Source: Candidatus Doudnabacteria bacterium RIFCSPHIGHO2_12_FULL_48_16
GTDB lineage: Bacteria > Patescibacteriota > Doudnabacteria > UBA920 > O2-02-FULL-48-8
DNA: 64,000 bases
Direction of reading: 5' to 3'
Assembly: GCA_001780035.1 (NCBI GenBank)
Contig: MFEY01000007.1
Span: 6,212-70,211 of the forward strand
Shown: piece after piece, positions 46,603 to 56,046 of the stretch
Layout of the letters: each line of letters opens with the position of its first letter
Position numbering within the stretch: the stretch's first letter is position 1
Translations under genes and position numbers: made by a program
The notes under the pieces: generated by a model
What the model saw: the letters and a program-made list of their open reading frames with translations, nothing else
What the model was told of the DNA's origin: nothing
Databases searched by the model: none

Positions 46603-47010
46603 TTAAATCCCTTCGGCCAAACTGGAAATTTTTTCCCCGGTTTTTAATGTCACGATCGCTTTCTTCCAGTCCTGGGTCTTGCCGGTGCTGTGGCCGTGGC
46701 GGCGTTTTTTGCCGGTCACGCTGATCATATTGACCGAAACCACATGAACATCGTAAACCTGTTCGACCGCTTTTTTAACCTCAATCTTGTTTGTATTTTT
46801 GGCGACGCGGAAGACATAGCGGCCGGATTGTGAAAATAAATTGCTCTTCTCGGACAAATGGTAATTGCGCAAAACCCGGTGGGCCCGGCCGGTGTTTTCT
46901 TTTAACGCCTGGTGAGTCTTGGTCTCCACGGGCTCCTTGACCATGTCCAAAACATTCTCGTCTTTCTGAGCGGGCTTCACAGCGTCTTTTTTTCGTCCAA
47001 ATAATGCCAT
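46603..47010 (-). CDS. rplW: 50S ribosomal protein uL23 with N-terminal extension
   Basis: SEKS, NKIEVK.AV, WKKAIVTL. Confidence 0.94.
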   Translation of the reverse strand: MALFGRKKDAVKPAQKDENVLDMVKEPVETKTHQALKENTGRAHRVLRNYHLSEKSNLFSQSGRYVFRVAKNTNKIEVKKAVEQVYDVHVVSVNMISVTGKKRRHGHSTGKTQDWKKAIVTLKTGEKISSLAEGI

Positions 47011-47011
47011 A

Positions 47012-47650
47012 TTACTTTAGGTAAGTTTTTTCAATTATCGGCAGGGCATCCGCCGTTACGATCGCATCGGCTCGCATTAAATCCAAAACATTCAAATGAG
47101 TCGCGGGTAAAATTTTAACATTGGGCAAGTTGCGGGCGGCGTTTTCCAGTTCGGCGTTATGAGTGGCAATGATCAAAATAAATTTTTTGCCCAATCCGGC
47201 TTTGGCCGCGATAGTGTTAAGCTGTTTGGCCAATTCCCCGGTTTTCGCCGTCTGGCCGATTTTATCCACGACAATCAACTTGCTCTCCTTAAACTTGTCA
47301 GTCAAAACCGTAAACAGCGCTTTGCGCCAGGCGGAGCGGTTCATTTTGAGCGACCAGTCGCGATTATTGCGCGGTCCAAACGTAATGCCGCCGTGTCGCC
47401 ACAGTGGCGAACGAACCGAACCGGCGCGCGCCCGACCAGTGCCTTTTTGCTTCCACGGCTTTTTGCCGCTGCCGGCAACCTCGCCCATCATTTTGGTGTG
47501 GGCCCAAGGGCCGCGAACGTTGTTGCGCTGCGTTCTGACAGCCGCGTGAATTAAATTGGCGTCGAGTTTTTCAATGCCAAAAATCTTCGGATTCAAAGTG
47601 AGTTCCGAAATTTTCTCGCCGCTTTGGTTGTAGACTGAGGCCTTAGTCAT
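47012..47650 (-). CDS. rplD: 50S ribosomal protein uL4
   Basis: KPWKQKGTGRARAGS.RSP. Confidence 0.97.
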   Translation of the reverse strand: MTKASVYNQSGEKISELTLNPKIFGIEKLDANLIHAAVRTQRNNVRGPWAHTKMMGEVAGSGKKPWKQKGTGRARAGSVRSPLWRHGGITFGPRNNRDWSLKMNRSAWRKALFTVLTDKFKESKLIVVDKIGQTAKTGELAKQLNTIAAKAGLGKKFILIIATHNAELENAARNLPNVKILPATHLNVLDLMRADAIVTADALPIIEKTYLK

Positions 47651-48242
47651 AGTTCTTGATAATGTTTGGATAATCGGTAAACACTCCGTCAATTCCCAAT
47701 GCTTTCAGCTTTTGAAATTGAGTGGGATTGTTGACGGTCCAGACAAATACTTTTTTACCCAAGCGCCGGAAGCGCTGAATCAACAGTTTCTTTGCCAGGA
47801 AAGTTTTTGGATGAATGGAATAAAGTTTGAGAACTTTATCAAGCTTCGGGATAAAGGGAATCAGAAACCAGTTGGCTTTTCCGATCACTAGTCCCAGCTG
47901 GACGCTTTCGTCCAAAGCCCTAATTTTCTGCAGTATCTTGGGATACTTAGAGGAAATCAGAACACTGGATGAAAAATTTTTAATGGCGCTTAATACTTCC
48001 CGCTCAAGCCCCGCTTGTTTCAGTTCCAGATTGACCGGAACTGTGATTACGCCCAAGGCTTCAGCCAAAGTCGTAAGATTCAATTTAGAAGAGTTATTGT
48101 GGCTTAAAACTATTTGGCCCGCTTTATCACGGCGCAAATCTGTTTCAACCATATCGACGCCCAACTCCACCGCCTTTTGAAAAGAACCGATCGTGTTTTC
48201 CTTCGCAAGCCCTGCTGCTCCCCGGTGCCCGATGATCAGCAT
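47643..48242 (-). CDS. Glycerophosphodiester phosphodiesterase inside the S10 operon
   Basis: IGHRG, ENT, ETD, WTVN, TDYP. Confidence 0.9.
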   Translation of the reverse strand: MLIIGHRGAAGLAKENTIGSFQKAVELGVDMVETDLRRDKAGQIVLSHNNSSKLNLTTLAEALGVITVPVNLELKQAGLEREVLSAIKNFSSSVLISSKYPKILQKIRALDESVQLGLVIGKANWFLIPFIPKLDKVLKLYSIHPKTFLAKKLLIQRFRRLGKKVFVWTVNNPTQFQKLKALGIDGVFTDYPNIIKNYD

Positions 48243-48243
48243 G

Positions 48244-48834
48244 CTAGGATGCCTGAATCTTCACTATACCACCGTTGGCTCCCGGCACCGCCCCTTTCAC
48301 GGCGATCAGATTGCGCTTTACATCCACATCGATGACTTCGAGATTGGTAACGGTCCTAACCCCGGCCATATGGCCTGCCATACGCAATCCTTTGCGGACA
48401 TGCTGCGGGAACCGGCCGCCGATCGCACCGACGGCGCGGGGGTGGTCATGGCCGTGGGACGCCGGGGCGCCTTTGAAACCGTGGCGTTTAATCGGACCGG
48501 CAAAGCCGCGGCCTTTCATTTCGGCCGTGACTTTAACTTTGTCGCCGATGACAAAAGTATCAACTTTAATCTCCTGCCCTTTGGTAAAAATATCCTTGTC
48601 GGAAGTTCGAAATTCAGCCAAGGTTTTGAACGCCCCATGGCCGGCTTCGGCCTTGGTCGGATGCTTCTTTTTGCCAAAACCCACCTGCACCGCGGTATAT
48701 TTGTCCTTATCTGCAGTTTTGACCTGGACGACCATCACCGGACCGGCCTTCAACACGGTCACCGGCACGACTTTGCCGTCCTTGGTGAACATCTGCGACA
48801 TATTCAGTTTTTCCGCGATGATGAATTTGGCCAT
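48244..48834 (-). CDS. rplC: 50S ribosomal protein uL3
   Basis: KGRGFAG.IKRHGF, MAGHM, KGAVPG. Confidence 0.97.
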   Translation of the reverse strand: MAKFIIAEKLNMSQMFTKDGKVVPVTVLKAGPVMVVQVKTADKDKYTAVQVGFGKKKHPTKAEAGHGAFKTLAEFRTSDKDIFTKGQEIKVDTFVIGDKVKVTAEMKGRGFAGPIKRHGFKGAPASHGHDHPRAVGAIGGRFPQHVRKGLRMAGHMAGVRTVTNLEVIDVDVKRNLIAVKGAVPGANGGIVKIQAS

Positions 48835-48858
48835 TTGATTCTCTTCAAATTGGTGCCA

Positions 48859-48893
48859 CCCTCTCCCTCTGGGAGAGGGGCTGGGGGTGAGGG
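48859..48893. repeat. Half family C element
   Basis: ccctctccctctgggagaggggctgggggtgaggg. Confidence 0.7.
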
Positions 48894-48980
48894 TTTACTT
48901 TCTTAAACAAAAACCATTCAGATCCCAGAGTAATTCAGAAACCTGAATGGTTCTTCTTGAGGATCGCCGTTGTCCATCTT

Positions 48981-49007
48981 GTCCGCCGAAGTTTTAGCGT
49001 AGGCGGA
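48981..49007. repeat. CCGCCGAAG..GCG.AGGCGG palindromic micro-element
   Basis: Related to 54926-54952 and 59496-59526. Confidence 0.75.
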
Positions 49008-49039
49008 ATCGGACCTGACACAATCTAAATATTTAATTT

Positions 49040-49363
49040 TTACATTTTAATTTCGATGTCCACGCCAGCCGGAAGGTTCATATTGGAGAGGGCATCGATG
49101 GTTTTGGGGGTTGGACTGCCGATATCAATCAATCGCTTATGAATGCGCATTTCAAACTGTTCGCGGGAGTTCTTATGGACAAAGGTCGAACGGTTAACCG
49201 TATACTTGGTCTTTTCGGTTGGAAGCGGAACCGGACCAATGACCGCCGCCCCGGAACGCTTGGCGGTTTCCACAATCTGGCGGGCTGATTGGTCAATGAG
49301 CTTATGGTCATAAGCTCTGATCTTGATCCTGATTCTTCCTGATTCGGTCTTATCTTGCGGCAT
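49040..49363 (-). CDS. rpsJ: 30S ribosomal protein uS10
   Basis: [19 protein letters not shown]. Confidence 0.97.
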   Translation of the reverse strand: MPQDKTESGRIRIKIRAYDHKLIDQSARQIVETAKRSGAAVIGPVPLPTEKTKYTVNRSTFVHKNSREQFEMRIHKRLIDIGSPTPKTIDALSNMNLPAGVDIEIKM

Positions 49364-49419
49364 TCGATTGAGTTGGTAAGTTAACTGCGGGTTAATAAAT
49401 TTAGTTGGGTAACTTCAGT

Positions 49420-49448
49420 ATTTTACACAAATTGAGGGTATTTGTCAA
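49420..49448 (-). promoter_or_regulatory. sigma70 promoter for the S10 operon
   Basis: TTGACA-17 bp-TAAAAT. Confidence 0.75.
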
Positions 49449-49449
49449 A

Positions 49450-49489
49450 CCCGACGCTTACGGGTCGGGTCCCCGACAAAACGTCGGGG
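49450..49489. repeat. Tandem CCCGAC...GTCGGG hairpins
   Basis: The same module is nested in family B (~18057) and family C (~39995, ~40575). Confidence 0.65.
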
Positions 49490-49502
49490 CAGAAGGCAGA
49501 TT

Positions 49503-49533
49503 AAAGGACTAGCCGGGAATTGGCTAGTCCTTT
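49503..49533 (-). terminator. Hairpin after tuf
   Basis: AAAGGACTAGCC...GGCTAGTCCTTT. Confidence 0.7.
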
Positions 49534-49540
49534 CTTGTCA

Positions 49541-50728
49541 TTATTTGCTGATTTTCAGAACCACTCCGGCGCCGACGGTGTGTCCGCCTTCGCGGATGGC
49601 AAACCGCATCTTTTCTTCGATGGCAACTGGGGTAATGAGCTTGATTTTCAAGGTCACGGTGTCGCCGGGCATGACCATTTCCTGGCCGGCAGGCAACTCA
49701 ACTTCTCCGGTCACGTCAGTGGTTCGAATGTAGAACTGAGGCTTATAACCTTTGAAAAACGGGGTATGGCGGCCACCTTCTTCCTTGGTCAGAATGTAAA
49801 CTTCGGCGTCGAATTCAGTATGTGGCGTAACCGATCCAATCTTAGCCAAAACCTGGCCACGCTCAACTTCTTCCTTCTTGGTGCCGCGAAGCAGGATCCC
49901 GGCGTTATCACCGGCCCGGCCTTCATCAAGCTGCTTGTTGAACATTTCAATTCCGGTCACAACCGTCTTGGTGGTCGGGCGGATGCCGACGATTTCGACT
50001 TCTTCGCCAACCTTGATGATACCCCGTTCGATTCTGCCGGTGACAACGGTACCGCGGCCTTCAATCGAGAAGATGTCTTCAATCGGCATAAGAAACGGCT
50101 TGTCTGTTTCGCGAACCGGATCCGGGATATAGGTGTCGAGAGCTTCCACCAGCTTCAAAATTGCCGGCTCGCCCAATTCAGAGGCATCGCCTTCCAAAGC
50201 TTTCAAGGCGCTGCCGCGAATAATCGGAGTGTCTTTGCCCGGGAAACCGTATTTAGTCAATAAATCCCGGATTTCTTCTTCCACCAAGTCCAAAAGTTCC
50301 TTATCAGGCACGGTGTCAACTTTGTTCATAAACACGACGATATAAGGCACGCCGACCTGTTTGGCGAGCAAAATGTGTTCGCGAGTCTGAGGCATCGGAC
50401 CGTCCGCAGCGGACACAACCAAGATCGCACCGTCCATCTGAGCGGCGCCGGTGATCATGTTCTTGATGTAGTCAGCGTGACCCGGACAATCCACGTGCGC
50501 ATAGTGGCGTTTGTCGGATTCGTATTCGACGTGGGTGGTATTGATGGTAATACCGCGGGCTTTTTCTTCCGGCGACTTGTCGATATCGTCATAAGCCCGG
50601 GCCTTGGCCTTGCCGGTTTTGGCCAAAACATTGGTGATCGCCGCGGTCAGCGTGGTCTTACCGTGGTCAACGTGGCCAATGGTGCCGATGTTGACGTGCG
50701 GCTTGGACCGGTCAAATTTATCTGCCAT
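49541..50728 (-). CDS. tuf: Elongation factor Tu
   Basis: [21 protein letters not shown]. Confidence 0.99.
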   Translation of the reverse strand: MADKFDRSKPHVNIGTIGHVDHGKTTLTAAITNVLAKTGKAKARAYDDIDKSPEEKARGITINTTHVEYESDKRHYAHVDCPGHADYIKNMITGAAQMDGAILVVSAADGPMPQTREHILLAKQVGVPYIVVFMNKVDTVPDKELLDLVEEEIRDLLTKYGFPGKDTPIIRGSALKALEGDASELGEPAILKLVEALDTYIPDPVRETDKPFLMPIEDIFSIEGRGTVVTGRIERGIIKVGEEVEIVGIRPTTKTVVTGIEMFNKQLDEGRAGDNAGILLRGTKKEEVERGQVLAKIGSVTPHTEFDAEVYILTKEEGGRHTPFFKGYKPQFYIRTTDVTGEVELPAGQEMVMPGDTVTLKIKLITPVAIEEKMRFAIREGGHTVGAGVVLKISK

Positions 50729-50996
50729 TTGATTAGATTCCTTGTGGCGTTTAAGTATCAAGGTCTCCTGATGCTAGGCGAAGTTCCCCATGCCCGGGGT
50801 GCTTAGCCAAGTTCAGAAGCCAACTTAAAAAACCGCCTTAAATTAATGGTTTTTACCCGCTTAAACCCTAAGGATTTTACACAGGCTTCCAAATTATAAA
50901 GCAAACATGTCGTTTTGGCAAGCCCTGTGGATTACTTTACTAACAATTCCCAAATTGATAGTATTTAGCCGAAGGAGGAGCCTCTAAAGGCGCATT

Positions 50997-51164
50997 ATGA
51001 CCAAAACCACCCGAACCCGGGCCCTGCTGGCCATTGCGGCGCTGTGCTTTAGCACGGCAACCGGCCAACACGCGATCGCGGTCGGTATTCGTTTTTCAAT
51101 CACTTTAGCCCACTCAGCGTTCGGCACGGACGCGGCCGCCGACCTGTTCCGGTTCATCCACTAG
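50997..51164 (+). CDS. Possible 55-aa secreted or membrane peptide
   Basis: AGGAGG upstream; MTKTTRTRALLAIAALCFSTATG... Confidence 0.4.
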   Translation: MTKTTRTRALLAIAALCFSTATGQHAIAVGIRFSITLAHSAFGTDAAADLFRFIH

Positions 51165-51172
51165 GAGTCCTC

Positions 51173-51358
51173 ATGAGCCTGACAACCCGAGCGCGCAGCC
51201 TTGAGAGCGCGATCGATCTGATCCGAGCGACCCGGCAAGCCCAGCCAAAGCGCCGAATCGAAGTCACGGTGGATGACGAAAGCCGGATCAGCCCCTTGCT
51301 TCGGGCCGGGGCCGATTTCGTCTGCGTCGCGCCACCGGCCGGAAAGGCAACCCACTAA
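51173..51358 (+). CDS. 61-aa hypothetical protein
   Basis: AGGAG RBS; terminator-like hairpin at 51400-51448. Confidence 0.45.
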   Translation: MSLTTRARSLESAIDLIRATRQAQPKRRIEVTVDDESRISPLLRAGADFVCVAPPAGKATH

Positions 51359-51538
51359 TGAACTGGCACTGGCGAGAGTGGGTTGCAAACAATCGAAACG
51401 GCGAACGCGTGTTGCCTAAAGCAACACCCGCGAGCCGTTTTTCATTTGGGACGGTTGCAACTTACGCGACAACATATAAATTCATAAAAATAAAAACACC
51501 TCCTCGCAAATGCAAGAAAGCGTTTCTAAAAATCTATT

Positions 51539-53671
51539 CTACTTACCAACCTGTCCCACCCGGATCTTACCGGTTTCACCGATAATCTTATCCGCGACAT
51601 TTCGCGGGACTTCTTCGTAGTGATGAAATTCCATGCTGTAGGAAGCCTGGCCCTGGGACATGGACCGGATCTGGGTGGCATAGCCGAACATTTCGGCCAG
51701 CGGCACTTCGGCGTCCACCACTTTGAGATTGCCCCGCTCCGTCATTTCATTGATCTTGCCGCGCTTGGCGTTCAAATCGCCGATGACATCCCCCAAAGAT
51801 ACTTCAGGAGTTAAAACCTCCACTTTCATAATCGGCTCCAACAGAATCGGCTGAGCTTTCCGGACCGCGGCCTGGAACGCCATGGAGCCGGCAATTTTAA
51901 ACGCGATTTCCGAGGAGTCAACTTCATGATAAGAGCCGTCGAGCAAGGTTGTTTTCACGTTCAAGACCGGGAACCCGGCGATGACGCCGCGATCCTCGGC
52001 TTCTTCGATGCCTTTTTGAATGGGCTTGATATATTCCTTGGGAATCACGCCACCCACGATTTCATTGATAAATTCGTTGCCCTTGGTCGGGTCATCTTGG
52101 GGTTCGATTTTAATCACGGCATGACCATACTGGCCGCGGCCACCGGTTTGACGAATGTATTTACCTTCCGCTTCGGCGCTGCCCTTGATCGTTTCTTTAT
52201 ACGCCACTTGCGGCCGACCAACATTGGCTTCCACTTTAAACTCGCGCTTCATGCGGTCGACGATGATCTCCAAATGCAATTCGCCCATGCCCGCAATCAA
52301 AGTCTGATTGGTTTCTTCGTCGGATTTGATGCGGAAAGTCGGATCTTCTTCAGCCAGTTTCTGTAAGGCCAACCCCATTTTTTCCTGGTCTTGTTTGGTT
52401 TTCGGTTCAATCGCGACCGAAATAACCGGTTCCGGAAATTTGATGGATTCCAATTGAACCGGAAAATCAACATCACAAAGCGTATCCCCGGTAAAGGTAT
52501 CCTTGGGCCCGACCAACGCGGCGATATCGCCGGAATAAACCTCTTTCACTTCCTCACGGGAATCAGCATGAAGTCGGACCAAGCGGCCGACGCGTTCTTT
52601 GTTGCCCGAGCGGGAGTTTAAAATATAGGAGCCGGCCTGCAGCGTGCCGGTATAAACGCGGAAGAACGCCAGTTTGCCAACAAAGGGGTCGGTGGCAATC
52701 TTAAAAGCCAGGGCCACAAATTTACCTTCGTCATTCGCCGTCAGCAACAATTCTTCTTTGGTTTTGGTGTTTATCGCTTTCACCGCGGGCTTATCGAGCG
52801 GGCTAGGCAGATAATTGACCACGGCGTCTAAAATTGAGGTCACGATCAGCCCCCGGCCGTCGCCGCCTAAAACCGGATAAAATTTACCGGTCAGCGTAGC
52901 TTTCCGGATCGCAGTTTTAAACTCCGCTTCAGTCAGTTCCTTTCCAGCTAAATATTTTTCCATTATTGCGTCATCGGACTCGACTACCCGTTCCATCAGC
53001 CGGTGACGGTATTCTTTGCATTTTTCCAGCATATCAGCCGGCACTTCACCTTCCGTAAATCCCTTATCCTTGTGTTCCTTATATGTGTAGGATTTCATGC
53101 GGACCAAATCCACGATGCCGTTGATATCTTTTTCAAATCCGATCGGCAATTGAATTGGGTAAGCATTGGGCGAAAGGCGCTTATGGATCGCATCCAATGA
53201 TTTATAAAAATCCCCGCCAGTTTGGTTGATCTTATTGATGAAGCACATGCGCGGGACCGCGTATTTGTCAGCCTGGCGCCAGACGGTTTCGGATTGAGGC
53301 TCGACACCCATTTTGCCGTCAAAGACGACGACTGCGCCGTCCAGAACGCGCAAAGAGCGCTCCACCTCGACCGTGAAGTCTACGTGGCCCGGAGTATCGA
53401 TGATATTGATGCGATGGGTATCGGAGACGTGTTCCCCATTTTGCACAGACGGTGACCAAAAAGAAGTGGTTGCGGCAGCCGTAATGGTAATGCCGCGCTC
53501 CCGTTCCTGTTCCATCCAGTCCATGGCTGTGTTGCCTTCGTGGACTTCGCCGATCTTGTGGATTTTACCGGTATAAAATAAAATCGACTCGGTCGTGGTG
53601 GTCTTACCAGCATCGATATGGGCAATAATTCCAATGTTTCTCGTGTGTTCTAAACTATATTCTCTGGGCAT
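51539..53671 (-). CDS. fusA: Elongation factor G
   Basis: [25 protein letters not shown]. Confidence 0.99.
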   Translation of the reverse strand: MPREYSLEHTRNIGIIAHIDAGKTTTTESILFYTGKIHKIGEVHEGNTAMDWMEQERERGITITAAATTSFWSPSVQNGEHVSDTHRINIIDTPGHVDFTVEVERSLRVLDGAVVVFDGKMGVEPQSETVWRQADKYAVPRMCFINKINQTGGDFYKSLDAIHKRLSPNAYPIQLPIGFEKDINGIVDLVRMKSYTYKEHKDKGFTEGEVPADMLEKCKEYRHRLMERVVESDDAIMEKYLAGKELTEAEFKTAIRKATLTGKFYPVLGGDGRGLIVTSILDAVVNYLPSPLDKPAVKAINTKTKEELLLTANDEGKFVALAFKIATDPFVGKLAFFRVYTGTLQAGSYILNSRSGNKERVGRLVRLHADSREEVKEVYSGDIAALVGPKDTFTGDTLCDVDFPVQLESIKFPEPVISVAIEPKTKQDQEKMGLALQKLAEEDPTFRIKSDEETNQTLIAGMGELHLEIIVDRMKREFKVEANVGRPQVAYKETIKGSAEAEGKYIRQTGGRGQYGHAVIKIEPQDDPTKGNEFINEIVGGVIPKEYIKPIQKGIEEAEDRGVIAGFPVLNVKTTLLDGSYHEVDSSEIAFKIAGSMAFQAAVRKAQPILLEPIMKVEVLTPEVSLGDVIGDLNAKRGKINEMTERGNLKVVDAEVPLAEMFGYATQIRSMSQGQASYSMEFHHYEEVPRNVADKIIGETGKIRVGQVGK

Positions 53672-53680
53672 AATTTTAGA

Positions 53681-53741
53681 TTAGAGCGTTCAGCGTAGAG
53701 CGTTCAGGATCTGCGCCCTGCACGCTACCCGCTGTACGCTA
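53681..53741. repeat. Inverted heptamer tandem repeat (AGCG/CGCT cores)
   Basis: tagagcg ttcagcg tagagcg ... cgctacc cgctgta cgcta. Confidence 0.75.
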
Positions 53742-54224
53742 TCTTCGCTGGAATCGGGCGAAGTGGGCGAACGCTTTGTTCGCTTCCGCCATTTTATGCA
53801 CGTCTTCGCGTTTTTTGATGGCGGCGCCCGTCTTGTTATAGGCTTCCATAAATTCCGTAGCCAATTTTTCGGCCATTGGCTTGCCCTTTTTGGATCGAGC
53901 CGCGTCAATCAGCCATTTCATGCCGAGGGCGGTTTTGCGGGGTTCCTGGACTTCCATCGGAACCTGGTAGTTGGCCCCGCCGATGCGGCGACCTTTAACT
54001 TCCACAATCGGGGTGACGTTGCGGATCGCCTGTTCGAACACAGCCTTCGGATCGGTCTTCATGTCCGCTTCGATTTTGTTGAACGCGTCATAAACAATCT
54101 TCATGGCCACGGTCTTCTTGCCCCGTTCCATAATGTAATTGATAAATTTGCCGATTTTCACGCTGTTGTATTTGTGATCAGCTTCGGCCAGATGTCGTTT
54201 ATAACTTCGAGCTTTACGAGGCAT
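53739..54224 (-). CDS. rpsG: 30S ribosomal protein uS7
   Basis: RRIGGANYQVP, MAEANKAFAHF. Confidence 0.98.
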   Translation of the reverse strand: MPRKARSYKRHLAEADHKYNSVKIGKFINYIMERGKKTVAMKIVYDAFNKIEADMKTDPKAVFEQAIRNVTPIVEVKGRRIGGANYQVPMEVQEPRKTALGMKWLIDAARSKKGKPMAEKLATEFMEAYNKTGAAIKKREDVHKMAEANKAFAHFARFQRR

Positions 54225-54254
54225 AATTTATAATTTAAAATCTATAATTTCTAA

Positions 54255-54671
54255 TTACTCAGTTCTCTTGGCGCCGTATTTGCTGCGGCCCTGTTTGCGG
54301 CCTTCCACTCCGGAGGCGTCTAATTTTCCGCGGACAATATGATAGCGCACGCCCGGCAAATCTTTGACGCGGCCGCCACGAATCATAACGACGGAATGCT
54401 CCTGCAAATTATGGCCGATACCCGGAATATAAGCGGTGACTTCCATGCCGTTAGACAGACGGACGCGGGCAATTTTCCGCAAAGCAGAGTTTGGCTTTTT
54501 TGGGGTGGTGGTGGTGACTTTGATACAGACCCCGCGCTTAAACGGCGAGCCTTTCGGCAATTGGTAAGGGCGCCCTTGAAGCAGGTTAAACCCGCGGTCC
54601 AGTGCCGGGGTTTTGGATTTGTAAACTTGCTTGATTCGTCCGTGACGGACTAATTGGTTGATAGTAGGCAT
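54255..54671 (-). CDS. rpsL: 30S ribosomal protein uS12
   Basis: [25 protein letters not shown]. Confidence 0.98.
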   Translation of the reverse strand: MPTINQLVRHGRIKQVYKSKTPALDRGFNLLQGRPYQLPKGSPFKRGVCIKVTTTTPKKPNSALRKIARVRLSNGMEVTAYIPGIGHNLQEHSVVMIRGGRVKDLPGVRYHIVRGKLDASGVEGRKQGRSKYGAKRTE

Positions 54672-54690
54672 AATGGTTATCTTCAGATTG

Positions 54691-54785
54691 CCCCTCTCCC
54701 CTTGTGGGAGAGGGTGGTGCGAAGCACCGGGTGAGGGGTCTAAACCCTCTCTGTCGCTTCGCGACATCTCCCCCAGAGGGGGAGA
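54691..54785. repeat. Family C variant upstream of rpsL
   Basis: cccctctcccc..gggagagg..gtgagggg..ccctctc..ctccccc..gggggag. Confidence 0.75.
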
Positions 54786-54925
54786 ATTATTTTGAACAAT
54801 TTACTGGCAATTAAAAACGGTCTTTTAGGACCGCGTGCAACTCAATCCGCCAGCAGGCGGATTGTCCGGTCGCTTGACCGGACCTTACGGCTTTAAAAGC
54901 TCAAAACAATTAATTCTTTTAATTA

Positions 54926-54952
54926 TCCGCCTTCGCTAAAGCTTCGGCGGAC
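54926..54952. repeat. TCCGCCTTCGCTAAAGCTTCGGCGGAC micro-element
   Basis: Reverse-orientation relative of 48981-49007. Confidence 0.75.
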
Positions 54953-54988
54953 TTCGCTGCCAAATCTTAACAGATTTTTCTTGTTATG

Positions 54989-55624
54989 TCAAATCCCAAT
55001 ATTGGATCCGAGCAGGAAATTAAGCAGGAAATTCAGCGGGGGTATTAATACTGTATTTAACAAACCGCTATAAAGAAATAAAATTATCAAAATAAAGCCG
55101 AATTTTTCCATAGACAAAATGGCATACATCCAATTCCGGTCCAGGAAGCCAAACAAACTTGCCAAAATTTTCGAGCCATCCAGTGGTGGAATCGGGATGA
55201 GGTTAAACAAACCAAGTACTAAATTCAGCAAAATCGTTTGAAATAATAATTCTTGGCCCATGTTTGATAAATTCGGACTCAACCGGTAAACAATCGCGGC
55301 CAGCACGGCCAAAACAAAATTTGTGGCTGGCCCGGCCAGCGAAACCAGAATCATATCCCATTTGAGGTTGCGCAAATTGCGGTAATCAACCGGCACCGGC
55401 TTGGCGGCGCCGAACAGAATCGGGGAATTGATCAGCAGTAAAAACACTGGTAAAAGAATCGAGCCGAACAAATCGATATGAGGTATAGGGTTTAGCGTCA
55501 GCCGGCCAGCATAGCGGGCCGTCGGATCCCCCAGTTTATCAGCCACCAGTCCGTGCGCAACCTCGTGAAAAATTACGGAAAACAGCAGAATGGCGACGTA
55601 GATTACAATTGATAGTGGATCCAT
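54989..55624 (-). CDS. Site-2 protease family (M50) zinc metalloprotease
   Basis: HEVAH, AGP..N, NLIPIPPLDG. Confidence 0.92.
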   Translation of the reverse strand: MDPLSIVIYVAILLFSVIFHEVAHGLVADKLGDPTARYAGRLTLNPIPHIDLFGSILLPVFLLLINSPILFGAAKPVPVDYRNLRNLKWDMILVSLAGPATNFVLAVLAAIVYRLSPNLSNMGQELLFQTILLNLVLGLFNLIPIPPLDGSKILASLFGFLDRNWMYAILSMEKFGFILIILFLYSGLLNTVLIPPLNFLLNFLLGSNIGI

Positions 55625-55635
55625 AGGATTTATAT

Positions 55636-55694
55636 GCAACCCTGAACTTGTTTCAGGGTCTCTTCGATGAGATCCTGACTTTCGTCAGGATTGC
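55636..55694. repeat. CCTGAACTTGTTTCAGG-type double hairpin
   Basis: gcaaccctgaacttgtttcagggtctc...gagatcctgactttcgtcaggattgc. Confidence 0.65.
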
Positions 55695-55785
55695 GAATGC
55701 GTAAGTCTTGCTTAATTTACTCAACCATGTTAATATATCCGAAGTTGCTCTAATTTTAACAAGCTTTAACCAGCCCTACAAATAT

Positions 55786-55977
55786 ATGGCAAGAGTCTGC
55801 CAAGTTTGCGGCAAAGGTTATCTCGCTACTTTTACCCGGTCGCATTCCATGCGCAAAACCAAAGTTCGGCTTTATCCCAATCTCCAGTGGATGAAGCTCG
55901 AACACGGCAAGCGCGTCAAGTCGTGCGTTAAATGCATCAAAACCCGGACTAAGCGGATGGCCGCAGTTGCTGCCTAA
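55786..55977 (+). CDS. rpmB: 50S ribosomal protein bL28
   Basis: MARVCQVCGK...RSHS..KT...PNLQ...CVKC. Confidence 0.92.
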   Translation: MARVCQVCGKGYLATFTRSHSMRKTKVRLYPNLQWMKLEHGKRVKSCVKCIKTRTKRMAAVAA

Positions 55978-56046
55978 AAATCTCTAGAATTTCTAGAGAT
56001 TTTTTAATCTGTTCATAATATCCTCGCTATCGTTTATAATAACGAT

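Noticed and set aside
49520-50263. Long plus-strand ORFs antisense to tuf, fusA, secY and ribosomal genes
   Set aside because: Shadow frames of conserved, codon-biased genes
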